Of a stretch of DNA of 64,000 nt, positions 11,869 to 26,176 are shown piece after piece; the first letter of the stretch is position 1, and each line of letters starts with the position of its first letter. The notes beneath the pieces were generated by a model. That model was not told the origin of the DNA. It was given only the letters and a program-made list of their open reading frames with translations, and searched no databases. The position numbers and the translations under genes are program-made. Source of the stretch: Chrysomallon squamiferum (taxonomy: Eukaryota > Animalia > Mollusca); contig CM022674.1 in NCBI GenBank assembly GCA_012295275.1, positions 3,224,001 to 3,288,000 on the forward strand, given 5' to 3'.

Positions 11869-12679
11869 CCTTATTTGTTATTATATTTAATCATTGTATT
11901 TTCTATTTATTTTGTATATTACTTGTATTATTATTTACTTTTAAATATTATTTTCGTATAGTTTAATTTCCAACAATCTGATTTTGTTATAATGAGCATT
12001 ACATACAATTTATCAACTGTTCTGTATGTTTGGACGACTGCATAGGTTGAATGAATAGATGTATGCAAGCACGGATTATATGACTTTCAGATTAGAGAGG
12101 TATATATGTGTATTATGAGGCGCATATACAATTTGTTTATGTATGTGTATATATATATATATTTGTGGGCATTTTTCTGGATTTTTGTTCGTATATACTA
12201 GGCGTTTCTCTTCACGCGAGAAATGTGTATTCGTGTTAATAAACATTTTTGCAAAAGCTGTTTGCAGCTAACCTTACCAAACATCGCGCAAAGCGAAACT
12301 GCGTTAAAAAGGGATATGTGTTTCGTGTATGTAAATAGACAGACAGACAGATAGTGCCTCGATTCACTGTTCGATGAAGTTAATTTACTTGTCATAGCTC
12401 TATGGATCTACTCGTCAAGTCTGTACAGATTTTCGTAACAACAGCCATATCCCTAATTATTTCTATCACGGCTAGATTTCATCTCGTTTTAAAAAAAAAA
12501 AGAAGAAAATAATAAATAAAATAAAATAAAAATTATGATGAAATTCAATATCAGTGTCACGGCCTCGAAGTGAATGAGAAATGTACAAAGACAAACTAAA
12601 GTAAAATGTTGACAACATTGTATTTATTTTCAACAACGAATAACTGATACAGCGAAACAATACAGCTTAAATTACGTCA

Positions 12680-13052
12680 ACAATTCTGACAACAGTTACA
12701 CAGTTCAGGTCAAATACTGAAATAAAATAATTACAAAGTTCAGTTCAAATTTACACAAACAGTCATGTTGCTAAATTGAAATTCTGAGATTTCTTGCATA
12801 CTTCAGTTCAAAATTTAATAATACTTATACATAGTTCAAATTCTAACAATTATTATAGAGTTCATTTCAAAGTCTTCCATTTGTTATACAGTTTAGTTCA
12901 AATTCTGAAACGTTATGCAGTTCAGTTCAACCTCTGACAATGGCTATGCACGTTAGTTCAAATCGGGACAATACGTTATACAGTTTAGTTCAAATTCTGA
13001 CTATAAACAGACAGTTCTGTTCAAAGCTGTAAAAGAGTTACAGAGTTCAGCT
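12680..13052. repeat. Degenerate ~31-bp minisatellite, core GTTAYACAGTTCAGTTCAAATTCTGAC
   Basis: AGTTCAAA recurs about every 30-33 bp, roughly 11-12 times. Confidence 0.75.
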
Positions 13053-13421
13053 GGATCACGAAACGGTTCAAATGAAACAGAAAACAATAAGAGACAAGAA
13101 ACATGAACAATTAATACTTAATACAAACAGAGGTAGAAAGGTTAATCGTTTAGGCAGGTTGTCAGATAAAGTAGACTGCTTGTTAAACAGACAGACAGAC
13201 AGACAGACAGACAGATAATGGATAGATCAGTAGATGGGGTATATCTAGTGAGAAAGAGAGCCGGGTAGATAAGTATGTAGGAATACACTATAAACCAGAT
13301 ATTAATTGCTATATATATATAATGTATGTAATGACACTCATACTGAATACGACAGTCTACATTGGTAGGTCGCGATCCCACTTCTGTTCGTCTCCAATCA
13401 ACTGTTTGCAGCCCCAACCAG

Positions 13422-14951
13422 TCAGAATCTATCCGAAGAAACCTTCCTGGCCGATCGGGTGTTTCCGGAATACGAGCCGCACACGCAGAGGCACGAAAAC
13501 AACCGATGCCAGACGCTCAGCGTTTGAGGACGGTGCAGGGTCTTCCAGAGAATGACCTCGGTCATTTTGTCCTGCTCCGAGAGCTTCATGTCCACGTGAC
13601 CGAAGCTCTTCTCCTTCTTGCGCTGCTGCTGGAACATCTCGATCCTCAGGGACATGAACTCGAGCGACACCGGGTCCGGGAAGCAGAAGTGAACCTCCTG
13701 CCCCAGGTTCACGATGAAGTAGTTGTGTCGTTTGTCGCTGCTGCGCGCGTCCCTGCTGTCGACGATGAGGACCTTGGCGAAGATCACCCCTTTCCCGGCC
13801 CGGTTTGCGCTGAAGGTCATCTGCAGAACGGAGAACGTGATGCACGCGGGACTGACCGAAAACGAGATGAGGACCGTGTCGATGGCCGGTTTTTCTTTGA
13901 TCCTGCGGACCGACGGGGTCAGGAACATGTACACGTTTCGTTCCGTCTCCGGCGCTGCGAAGACGTTGTCCGACAGCCGCTCGTTCAGCAGTCGCTTCAT
14001 GAACACGTCCGAGGTCGTCGTCGTCGTCGACGAGGAATGTTTCTTCTTGCGCGACGACTCGGTGACCGGACTCAGAGGGTGCTTCCAGATGCCCGGGTGG
14101 CTTTCCCGGAGGTCGACCTGGACTTGCGGCGCGTCCGAGAACCCGAACGAGTGACCGTCCACCGGAGACCGGACCACGCAGCCGGACTTGAGCAGTCCGC
14201 AAGGCGACGCGTGGATGCTGACGGACGCCGGCGAAGTCGGAGACTGGCAGTCGTCCTCGTTGCTCGTGATGCGTGTTCGGAACACGTCACACGTTCTGCT
14301 GACGTCATCGGCGATCTGGAGACAGTCTGAGAAAACGAAGTGACGTAAGCCCGGCGCTCCCGCTTGATCCGCGGTTTTCGGAGAGAAGATGTTACGGCCC
14401 TGGTCGCAGGGCGTGCTGTACGACGGAAACGACGTTCGCCTGACGTTGTCGACGATGCCGTAGAGCTGACATTCGGCGGAGTGTGACGAAATGGCATGAT
14501 CTGACGTCATCCTGTTGCGGCTGGAGCGAGCCGTTTGGCTCCTGGTTCTTTTAGGTGAGGATTTGCAACTGCACACAGGGGCCGCGTTTGACTGCTGCGG
14601 TCTGTGGTAACTCCGAGGTGTCTGGAACGTGCAACGGCGATGATGTTCGTTTCGACAGCAGCCCGTAGCGTGATCCATGCCGCCGTGCTCCATGAAAGGA
14701 CAGAGGCCGCCGTGGCAGGAGAGTGTGGTGCTTGCAAAGGGACACAACCCAACGAAGTCCGCTGTGATGAGCGGCGCTAAGGTTTCGATGTGAGTAGCGT
14801 CGCTGTGGTGTGAGATGTGGTAGAGTATAGGAGGCGTCGAGTGACGTCGTCGCGTGCATTGCAGTTTCCCGAGAACGTAGGCGTCGTCGATGAAGGTGCA
14901 TGACTGACGTCGGTTCGTCAGGAAGACGGCGCTGCTACGTCGGTGATCCAT
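13422..14951 (-). CDS. Uncharacterised 509-aa protein with a long Ser/Arg/His/Cys-rich N-terminus and a divergent C-terminal C2-like domain (approx. aa 357-473); coding region in a single exon
   Basis: A 1.5-kb stop-free, GC-rich, non-repetitive ORF in AT-rich surroundings, with start context acgATGG. The C-terminal beta-strand pattern resembles C2 domains (VLISFSV..ITFSVLQ..FAKVLIV..EVHFCF..SLRIEMF..SFGHVDMKLS..LWKTL). A minus-strand splice acceptor (tactttcag|G) lies at 15029/15030, 78 nt upstream of the ATG. The domain was called by eye only. Confidence 0.8.
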   Translation of the reverse strand: MDHRRSSAVFLTNRRQSCTFIDDAYVLGKLQCTRRRHSTPPILYHISHHSDATHIETLAPLITADFVGLCPFASTTLSCHGGLCPFMEHGGMDHATGCCRNEHHRRCTFQTPRSYHRPQQSNAAPVCSCKSSPKRTRSQTARSSRNRMTSDHAISSHSAECQLYGIVDNVRRTSFPSYSTPCDQGRNIFSPKTADQAGAPGLRHFVFSDCLQIADDVSRTCDVFRTRITSNEDDCQSPTSPASVSIHASPCGLLKSGCVVRSPVDGHSFGFSDAPQVQVDLRESHPGIWKHPLSPVTESSRKKKHSSSTTTTTSDVFMKRLLNERLSDNVFAAPETERNVYMFLTPSVRRIKEKPAIDTVLISFSVSPACITFSVLQMTFSANRAGKGVIFAKVLIVDSRDARSSDKRHNYFIVNLGQEVHFCFPDPVSLEFMSLRIEMFQQQRKKEKSFGHVDMKLSEQDKMTEVILWKTLHRPQTLSVWHRLFSCLCVCGSYSGNTRSARKVSSDRF

Positions 14952-15162
14952 CGTAAGCGTTGACGTTGCTGTTTTTATTTTTTTATTTTTTTCCTTTTTT
15001 ATTTTTTTTTTTCAAGAATAAAATGGTTCCTGAAAGTAGATGACATACACACTGTGTTAAGATGGCTTCCTTGATGCAAATATTCTTTCACGTATATTTG
15101 ATAAGCACACAGAGTAAGGAAAAGAAAGATACCCTAACAGACGAACAGTTCAAAACAGACTA

Positions 15163-15164
15163 AT

Positions 15165-15230
<66 letters not shown>

Positions 15231-15290
15231 TAGTAGACAGAGAGACAAAGAGACAGAAGAAAAGAGGATAGATAGAGAGAGAGAGATACA

Positions 15291-15371
<81 letters not shown>
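15163..15371. repeat. Compound (AG)n microsatellite
   Basis: Direct inspection. Confidence 0.9.
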
Positions 15372-15377
<6 letters not shown>

Positions 15378-15613
15378 GTATATTGTCAGTGTTCATGATA
15401 GAATTTTATTTCTTCTTTTATTAAGTAGAGTATCTCTCTCTTTCTCTGTCTCTCTATTTCTCTCTCCCTATCTTTCTATCTCTATATCTATAAAATCCAA
15501 CTGCTAGTTTTTACTTAGAAACAGGTAACTTAAAAGATATCCAGTAATGTAAAGACAGACAGATTAACTAAATGAGAGAGAGAGATACCGTAAGAGCAGT
15601 ATATATATATATA

Positions 15614-15667
<54 letters not shown>

Positions 15668-17605
15668 ATAATAATTATGGAAATAATAAACAAAACAAAG
15701 AATGATGGGAAGAAAAAAAAAAAAAAAAAAAAAACAGAAAGAAAGGCAGATAAAACAAGTAGATAACTGGAGAGAAAGATTGTATAAATAAAGTGTGGAA
15801 CAGAGAATAGAATAGATAACAAAAGAAGGTGAAAATGTATTTTACCTTATTAAGATTCCAAGAGAAGATTTCTTCGCAGAAACCTAAGCGACGACAACTT
15901 CAGGGTTCTGCCTAGTTGCTTCTGAAATAAATGGTTATGGTCAGATTTCCAGCTCTGCACGCCAGATATGCCGAGAAGAAAAAACTGTCGATGACGTCAA
16001 GGAGATATTCGGTTGTCAGGAAATGATTCTTGCAGAATGGTGAATCTCGAATCGTAATGCTGATTCACATAAATGTTAAAGAGAGAAGATTACTAAGTCT
16101 TGCCTCAGTGATGATAGTCATTGACTCAGTAACTGAGACACCGCTTGGTCCTAGTTTTATCTGCTTGCCTCCCCCCCCCCAGCAAAAAAAAAAAGGTTGA
16201 CAAAGCTGACCACCGTGTTTCCACAATGTACTGCAGGTTATACATAACCGTAAACTGCTGTTGATGTTTCTATAGCAACAGCTACACATCCTGCTAGACG
16301 TGTTTGTCAAAGCCTCATTGCAAGGATGGGACTTAGTCGGAAGTGGCCGGACAATGTCGTCAGAGGTCGCAGACTCAACCTTTCTTGAAGCTTCCATAAC
16401 AAATATTGATAGTTCCATCCTGAGTCACGTGGTAAATATATTGAAGACTTAATACGTGTCAGGCGGTGTGAAAGTTTTTTGTGTTTTTTTTTGGGGGGTG
16501 AGGGTTTGGGGGACGGGTTTCTGTGAGAAAAGCTCTGATAAAAAATCCCTTTGCTGTTGATGGAAAACAAGAGCAGATGATTTATATTTTTATTTTATTT
16601 TATTCAATTTTATTTTATTTTATTTTATTTTACTCTAGCGGACGGGATGTGTAGAAAACTATAACAAAAGGTTAGCAATGATAGGAGGAAATTGGGTGAC
16701 TACAAAAGTAACAAAACTTTAATTAAAATGACAAGACACAGCTGAATGGTGAACAAACCACTGACACCGTTCTCTAAGTCACGAAGGTAAGCGACCGAAA
16801 TCAGCGCGCAGCACGTGCTTTCCAGCGTCAGGGGAGACCACTCGAGGCTGACGATTAACGAGAGGACGATGACAATACCGTTAAAGGTTTAGGCGGTACT
16901 TGACACTAATTATAAATCCTCTGCAACTTGTGTACTCACAAGACGAAAATTTATTAAGATTGATGAGGTTGACGTGTCAGAATGGTTTACATCTCACCAA
17001 ATAATTAGAAGCAATCAAACGGAATCGAGATTTTTTTTTTTTTGTATCACATTACGAATTATATTAAACCTCGAGTTGCGTCCCTTCTTTCTCTGCATGG
17101 CGGACGGCCGGTAAAACCCGGGCAGTCTCGATCATTCGGGTTGCCTTTCCCACACTTAGGAACAATTGTTTGTTTCGGGTGGCCTTTTTTCTCGCACAAA
17201 CACACAGCAGAGGCTATGTCGTCCTTTGAACCTGTTTCACCTGCAATCAGCGTGAGTGAGGTATGCCTCTGTTGACCACCTGCGAACGACAAAGAACAGC
17301 GAGGACCTTGTTTGGAAGGACCTCGGCTCATTGCATTGTTAGACATCTTGTTTCAGTCGGCGCGCACTCGATTATTACTCGATTGATTCCGCTGGAGACA
17401 TTGTCGTTGCTTGCTCGTGCGGCGTGGTTAAGACGCTACAAGTTGTGTTAACACGCTGTGTCGTCCCTCGCCGGGGTAGCTGAGGTAGCGCTGTTGAGGT
17501 GGTGGTGCTAACGACTAAACTACTACAAGACGACACGCTCGTAACCAAACCAAACTGGCTGCGGCATTTTGCAATACCAGTCTTGATGAACGCCGGTTGG
17601 TGAAG

Positions 17606-17870
17606 TGCTGTTGTTGTTGTTGTTGTTGTTGTTGGTGGTGTGGTGTGTCGTCGTCGTCGTTGCCATAATCTTCATAATTGTTATTGTTGTTGTTGTTGTT
17701 GTTGTTATTATTACTACTACTACTACTACTACTACTACTACAACTACTAATGTTACTACTACTACTACTGCAACTACTACTACTATTATTATTATTATTA
17801 CTACTACTGCTACTACTACTACTACTACTATTATTATTATTATTATTTTTATTATTATTATTATTATTAC

Positions 17871-17927
<57 letters not shown>
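17606..17927. repeat. Compound trinucleotide microsatellite (TTG)n/(ACT)n/(ATT)n
   Basis: Direct inspection. Confidence 0.9.
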
Positions 17928-17928
<1 letters not shown>

Positions 17929-18856
17929 AAAATAGGTTTTACAAACGTTACAACAAAGTTAACAAAAGTGTTCTAAAATACCTGCAGGTCATCAGTACAA
18001 CCTATACACGAAATACTAGTGATATTCATGTTTATCCTCATTATATTTTACGACTATCTCCTTACATTCGACAGTCCCAAAAAGTCCAAAATAAGAAACA
18101 TTTCGGATACCAACCATTTCGGATAATGGGTTTTCAACTTATGTTATAATATTACTGAAGACACATAGTATTTCATTGAATTTCGAACGACAATAATTCT
18201 GAAGACTAAGGGTATTGTACGTATTATGACATATCACTGGGATTGTACATATTATAATAATATTACGCAACAGTAATATATTGAAACTATTAAGACAAAG
18301 CTAATTAAGAACCCATAAACAGGAATGTTGTAATTTATTACTGAAGTAAATATATAGCCACACAGTACATAACAATGTTTCCAAATCATTTGTAATGTAC
18401 AAACGATAACAAAATCTTATATTATAAAACAGCATTACTGACAACAGTGTAAAGTAATGGATTAATATAATATTAAACCTTTAGAATTCCTTGTGCGAAA
18501 TGTTTCTGAATTTTTCATCATTTGGAATATAAGGAAATAACCAGAGAAAAGGATTTTAGTCAAAACATAAGTTCCATTTATATTTGATATATATCTTGTA
18601 CATTTGGTCTGCAGGATTTTTAAAAAAAAATATATTTTGTTTTAAATGGTATTTTTTATAAATTTAGTTTATGAAATAAATTTTTGTTTGCCAAACCATC
18701 CGATAAGTTTAAGACATAAAAATTTCCTGATTTTTTAACTTTTTTTGTTTTGGGATTTCAGATAGGGAATCCTTTTAGCCTGTGCTAGCAGTATAAGTTA
18801 TTTTATAATATTTCTCAGAAATCAGTGCTAGTGCTGATTACTAGAGTAACTCGCAT

Positions 18857-18946
<90 letters not shown>

Positions 18947-20150
18947 GACTGTATCTCATTCTTTTCTGTCTCTGTCTTTTCACTTTTTTTTACTTTTTCT
19001 TTCTTGTGATTATTTATTTTAATTCACCCCTAAAAACTTCAGATCATTATAGCTCAATGTAATTTAGTGTTTCACCCATCTTTTGTGTGACAAAACATAA
19101 TCACTTCGCCACTCTCCTCACATCAACAAGCTTTAGTCCGATTTTTGTGTTTTTACAACAATTACAAAGTAACGCGACCGGGTGTCATCTCTGAACCGAA
19201 CCTGACTTCTGTAACCGCCAGCGGATTTAGGCATCTCGGCAATGTTCCGTAAAACGTGCGTTTCGGAAAGCTAATTCCAAGAAAAAAAAAAAAATGGACC
19301 CTCGTTACTGTTGATTTGAAATAAAAATAATAATAGTAACGATCTTACTCGATAAAAGAACTCAAAATATTGACCTGCCTAAGCATGATAATATTTATCT
19401 TTTTTTCTTTTCTTTTTTTTTCTTCTGGTGGACAGCGTTAACTGTGTGTGCAAACAGAACGTATTGTCGTGGTCGCCATAATATCGGATTGCCGTGGTCG
19501 TGGCGTGGTGGTTAGTGTTAACGCCTCGCACCTGTTGAAGTCGTTGCCGATACTGTTTCGATTCGTGATCGACACAACGGAGCGTCGCGAGGACAATGCG
19601 CGAGCGTTGTTGTAGTTGTAGATATTTCAAAAGAGATCGCAAACTGTCACTTCAGCAAACTGTAGCGTTCCGAAGGGCGGTGTGGTTTTCTCACTTGGAG
19701 AGATGCGTGTTTAGAATTTCGCGATGATGTCTTAATAGATTTTAAGATTCTTTTTAAGAAAATGCGAAGATAAATGTTTCCCAGCGAAGACGTGATTGTT
19801 TCGATGATCGGCGGGTCTACGTGAACCGGCGGGTGGGTGGTGGGTGGGGGTATCCCCCGTGACTAGATAGGTGGGCGTCGGATTTCAAGGTGGGTGAGTG
19901 TTATCTCTCTCCTAGGACGTTTTGTGGTACGAAACACGATAGCAGTTCGTACCCACATTCTTAACAGGTCGTTTTCTTTTTTCTTTCTTTCTCCATCTAT
20001 TATGAAAAAAAACATAATAATAATAAAAAATAATAAAAAGTTTGTATCAGATTTAAATTTTCATTTGACTGCTTTTGTTTATGCCAGCAGACTTTTTAAT
20101 CCAAATGTTTCGTTCATTTAACATAATAAAGAAACGCGAGCCGTATTATC

Positions 20151-20463
<313 letters not shown>

Positions 20464-21068
20464 TAACAAGTATTTCTAAACGTTCCTATTATCAACAACC
20501 GGCGCACCCATACTCCCACTAACACCCGAACCAGCCTTGGACCCCGGTTAGACTAGAATTCCCACGTTGAAAACAAAAATAATACCGAAGCACTCAAAAA
20601 AAATCTTTGTACAGAATTCTAGATAACGATCGAGAAGTGGCGCGCGGGCCAGAACTTTTATTATACTGTAATCGGTCATTAAGTATTTAAAGGGGAAATT
20701 CAACCATAATTGCCACCGTATTCGTAAGAACGATCGTAAACAGTTATCTCCCGTGGATTTATCTTTTTTGTCAGACGAGGTGCGAAAATTATGCCTTTTT
20801 ACAAAAATCACTTAGGGAGTGAAATGAAATATGTCGTGCTGTGAAAATAAGTGTGTTTTCCCTCAGATTGTGATTTTGATACGAGGTATTTTCGTTAGTA
20901 TCCTATTTAATTCTCGAAATGCAAGCCGACTTTGTCGTTTGATGATCCCGTTTTAACTGACAGAGAAGGAAAAAAGAAATAATAAAAATGATAAATAAAA
21001 CGATAAAAGGTTATTATTTATATTTTATTTTATATTATTTAGTATTAATAATTTTTATTGTTTATTTT

Positions 21069-21103
<35 letters not shown>

Positions 21104-21736
21104 TATATAAAAAAGCTATATATATATATATATTTAAATTAAAAAAAAAGCTGTAAAAGCTCTTATACAACGAAGATTCAACCACGCCTACTGTAGTCAC
21201 AGAAACAAGATTTGTCTTGTTTATAACAGTTTCATACGTTAGAGTGTTAGTGACAGATAAAGGAGATGCATATTTCATACAGTATCTCTTCTGTAATTAC
21301 GTATGCACATGTTACAGTGTACGTATTAATTGAATTGATACTTGAGAAATACTGCATACGGAAAATATATATATAGACCTTTGACGCAGAAAGCTCTTGT
21401 TTTGTTTTATTTTCTATGTATATATTTTTTTGAAGTGAAGAGTTTGCTTCATTCATTCACTCGACTGACTGACAGGCTGAAAGTGTAATTTTTAAAATTA
21501 AACTCGAACATTTAAACATTCAAGACAACGCTACAAAAATTGTTTGATTTTTGTTTTCAATAAAATATTGAAATTTTACTATTAATACACGTCAGTTTCT
21601 TGTTTCTTTCTTCGGGGGTGGGAGAGAAAGGACTGCCTAATGCGCAGGGTATCACAAAAAAAAGTTTTATATTTTCATACAAGTCGATTTATACGCTGAG
21701 AAATATAGTAATTATTTTGCTGTGAACAAGCTGCTT

Positions 21737-21928
<192 letters not shown>

Positions 21929-22447
21929 TATTTTAGCATGATATATGTATTTTGTACGTTCGGTAAGTTTTATTTTTGTACCAGAATCTCATACAAAACG
22001 CACAAATCATGAAAAATAAAGCAAAACGTCGGAGCGACAAACTACAGCGCTGCTAATAAATAAACAAATGTAAAAATAAAATATAAAAATATATAAAATC
22101 AAAAAATAATAAAAAGATAAAAAGGTGAAAAAAAAAAAAAAAATTAAATAATAATAATAAAAAAGCCGGTTTCCTTTTCTTCCGGAATTCTGAAAGCCGG
22201 ATATATGGCTCTGCAAACGTGTTTTTCTTTTTTCCCCTTGGTTTCTGTGCTATAAATACAGGGTGTGGTGTGGGAGTTGCGTCTGTCGTTCACAGCGGAA
22301 ATGTCATAATCCACATACAGAAAGTTCTGTCGAGATGTCCGGCAATAAATCTGACCACAGCTTGATTTACCTAACATTCTGAGAGCGTCTTTGTACGTGT
22401 GTCTGAAACTTTGTACCTCAGTCAATGGAAACTGTAATTATAACATT

Positions 22448-22933
<486 letters not shown>

Positions 22934-23942
22934 GTAATTATATACATATTAACCAGCTTCTCCTTTTATAAAAAATATTTTTTTCTGTGAGATTAAATTA
23001 TCTCAAAGGAATTCCAGCGATTACATTTTAATCATTATTCGCTTACAGGTATCACCTTACCTGACACAACACCTGTGAAGGTAGAAGAACCGGTAAAGCG
23101 ATTTTTTAAAAAAAAAAAAAAAACATATTTCACTCTTTGTTCCCATCTTTCGCACGTCCTCGTGTATAAAACCTTTGACAAAACCGTGTTCCCCTCATAC
23201 AACAGATAATAAAACCCACTCACGTGTAAAAAACACACACACACACCTCTTTCAAACACCGTCCAAAACAGAGCAATGTACGACCACTCTAACATTCCGT
23301 TAATAATAATTTCAATTTACCGAAATCAAGTTTATGTCAACACTTCACGAAAAAACTGCACTCTATGATACGTTTTGACAAAGATATCGTTGAAAAGGAT
23401 AATAACCTCTGTACAAATATGCTTAGCAATTACAATATTCAACCCGTAATATGTATACACACAAATTAGGTGACGTTTTCGGGTTCTGTCAAAGCGACCA
23501 GACACACTGAACTGAGAAATTCCCAGTTAGGTGCGTGTGAATTGGTGTCTTGGTTTCTTTTGATATCTATAGCGTAGATGTGTTACCTGTATCATGTGCA
23601 GGTTTTTCAGTTCTGAATATGAGGTGAAATATCCTTCTGTCGTTATTAAATATGGGTAAAATTAACTGTATATATTAAAAAAATATTTTTTATCAATATT
23701 TCTCTTTCAATTTGTTTCAGATGTATATTTTCTTTAACTATGTGTTGTTTTCTTTTTTATTATTAATTTATTTTTGTATCTATTTATTTATTTATTCATT
23801 TATTTATTTATTCATTTATTTATTTATTTATTTATTTATTTATTATTTTATTATATATTTAATTCCTTTCTACAATGTATTATTTACTTAATAATATAAG
23901 AAAATTTTGGAACGATTAAGTTTTAAATTATTTAGCAGAGAA

Positions 23943-24020
23943 AGAAGAAGAAGAAGAAGAAGAAGAAGAAGAAGAAGAAGAAGAAGAAGAAGAAGAAGAA
24001 GAAGAAGAAGAAGAAGAAGA
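23943..24020. repeat. (GAA)n microsatellite
   Basis: Direct inspection. Confidence 0.9.
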
Positions 24021-25152
24021 AAGAAAAAAAGAAAGCAGTATATTGTTATATTATAAAGACTAACTGGTTGGTGTTGTTTTGTGTTTTTTTTAATCGATCT
24101 ATTTCATTTATCTACTTTTTGTACAAATCAAAACATTTCTGCTTTTTCTTCCGTTTTTTTGTCAGATACGTAAAGGTAATGAGTTGTTTCAAATAAATAT
24201 TGTCAAATATTTCGACACAAACCGTATGGCGAGGCATATTTTTAGAACAAATAACGTTTTCATGTAGCCGATCTTAGCCACGGATTTTGACATTCTGATG
24301 GTATCAGTAACTCGGTGTATTTGAAGCTTTCATCCGAAGAAATAAAAACCACTCTCTGAATGGTTTCGCCTTACAACAAAGAAAACATATTTCCACAACT
24401 ATGGCCATCTTCTCTGATTTAAAAAAAAAATCCATTCTACGCGAAATTCAAAGAATCGGCGGGTTCACTCGAGGCCCATTTCACGCTGTATGGGCCTATC
24501 TGGTGTATCGTTTTACCCCGTAATTAATAAATTAGCAAGCAATATTTCCTCGCCTGTTTCGACCTTAAGCCCACCAGGGGCTTACAACAGGACATAAAGG
24601 CGGCTCTAAGTGGGGGTCGATTCACGCATTCACGACCCAAGAATCGCTCGTATTGGTAACATCTTTCTAGAGCTCTCGCCGGCACCACGGGGTAGGCGTG
24701 TAGCTGACAGCTCATCTGTTAAACTTCTTGGCAAAGAGGTGAGAAAAATGGACGAATTTGTTCCCCCTATACGCAGTGCGCCACACGATATCGTGGGCCG
24801 GTTAAAAGAGAGTTAATTTTTTTTTCTTCGCCACGGGGTGTTTCCTTGAGCGTTGCTTTTTATTGTGTGTGTGTGTGTGTGTCGACAATTGCTGGATCGC
24901 GAGCTATCTGGGTGGAAATGCCGCCGAAAAGAAACAGAATGGCGTCACGTGTCAGCTTAGCAATCAATCATAATACTATATTCTAAATAGCAATTTGTGT
25001 TCTTTTCTTCGGAGTTTTGATATTCTGTTTATGTGACATCCACCCCGTCGTGTCAAGTTCAGAGGTCACGCCTCACATACTGCATATGTTTATTTTTCCG
25101 AGATAAATATTAGTTCTGACAAAACAAACAAATAAATAAATAAATACATAAA

Positions 25153-25239
<87 letters not shown>

Positions 25240-25536
25240 AATAATAATAATGATGATGATGATGATCTATCAATAAATAAACAAATATCATAGTATGATA
25301 CAATCTTTTAATGCGTAACTGAACACAGAAAGTTTATGGAAAATTATTTATTTTTTCCTTATGTATATGTGTATACATGTATGTATGTATGTATGTATGT
25401 ATGTATGTATGTATGTATGTATGTATGTATGTATGTATGTATGTATGTATGTATGCATGCATGTATGTATGGATGTGTGTATATATATGTATGTGTGTAT
25501 TATATGCGTGTGTGTTTGTGTGTCTGTATGTGTGTA

Positions 25537-26176
25537 TAGTAAAGTACCCTGTAGCGAATCTAATTAGTTCCAGAGCCTTGTTATAGGGTCCATTAACACA
25601 CATGTTATAAGAGGTCATTCGTTCCATGCCCCCCAAATACAATGACAACTATAGTACAAAATAGTAAAATAAGTGAAGTAAAAAATACATCACTGAAACT
25701 TTATCTTTCTTTACTGATGTTGAGTTTGCAGGGGAGGAGGTAGAGGAGGGGAGCAGGGAGAGGAGGGGAGCAGGGAGGAGAGGAAGAGGGGTAGAGGAGG
25801 TGGGAATTACTGAGAGGATGTGGAAGAAGAGGGGTCATCCTTCCTAGACCTCTTTGGTGTCTGTCCTACGGGCAGTTCTTCTGAGGCACGTCTTTTAAAG
25901 AAGGAATCCAGGGTTGGCTGCTTCATTCGAGATTTCTGGACCGTCCAAAAGTGGGCCACCACTGTGCCATTAAAAAAGATTAAGGCCCGTTTCTACAGCA
26001 CCAGCATCAGGATGATATTCCTTAACAGTTTTGGAAAGTTTATTCCAGCACCAGAAAATATTCTTCTGTGTTCGATCTGGGGACCTTCGTTTGTTATGGG
26101 GTTCTGAGATTCGTAGGTAAAAACCGTTCGTTATAGGAATATTCATAGTATAATCCTTTCGTTATAGGGTACCCGA

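Noticed and set aside
13362-14330. 322-aa antisense ORF and other overlapping ORFs (13429-14202, 13723-14154, 14072-14497, 14551-14901)
   Set aside because: Shadow ORFs expected in a GC-rich coding region. They have no proper ATG context or recognisable domain, and the 509-aa minus frame explains the segment.
17481-17502. TGAGGTAG let-7-like seed
   Set aside because: The remainder does not match let-7, and I could not see a precursor hairpin.
22248-22262. GCTATAAATA TATA box similar to the HES one, suggesting a second HES paralog
   Set aside because: No SPS upstream and no bHLH exons or WRPW-coding sequence downstream were found.
25820-26107. 95-aa plus-strand ORF
   Set aside because: It is the antisense shadow of the Tigger transposase remnant.
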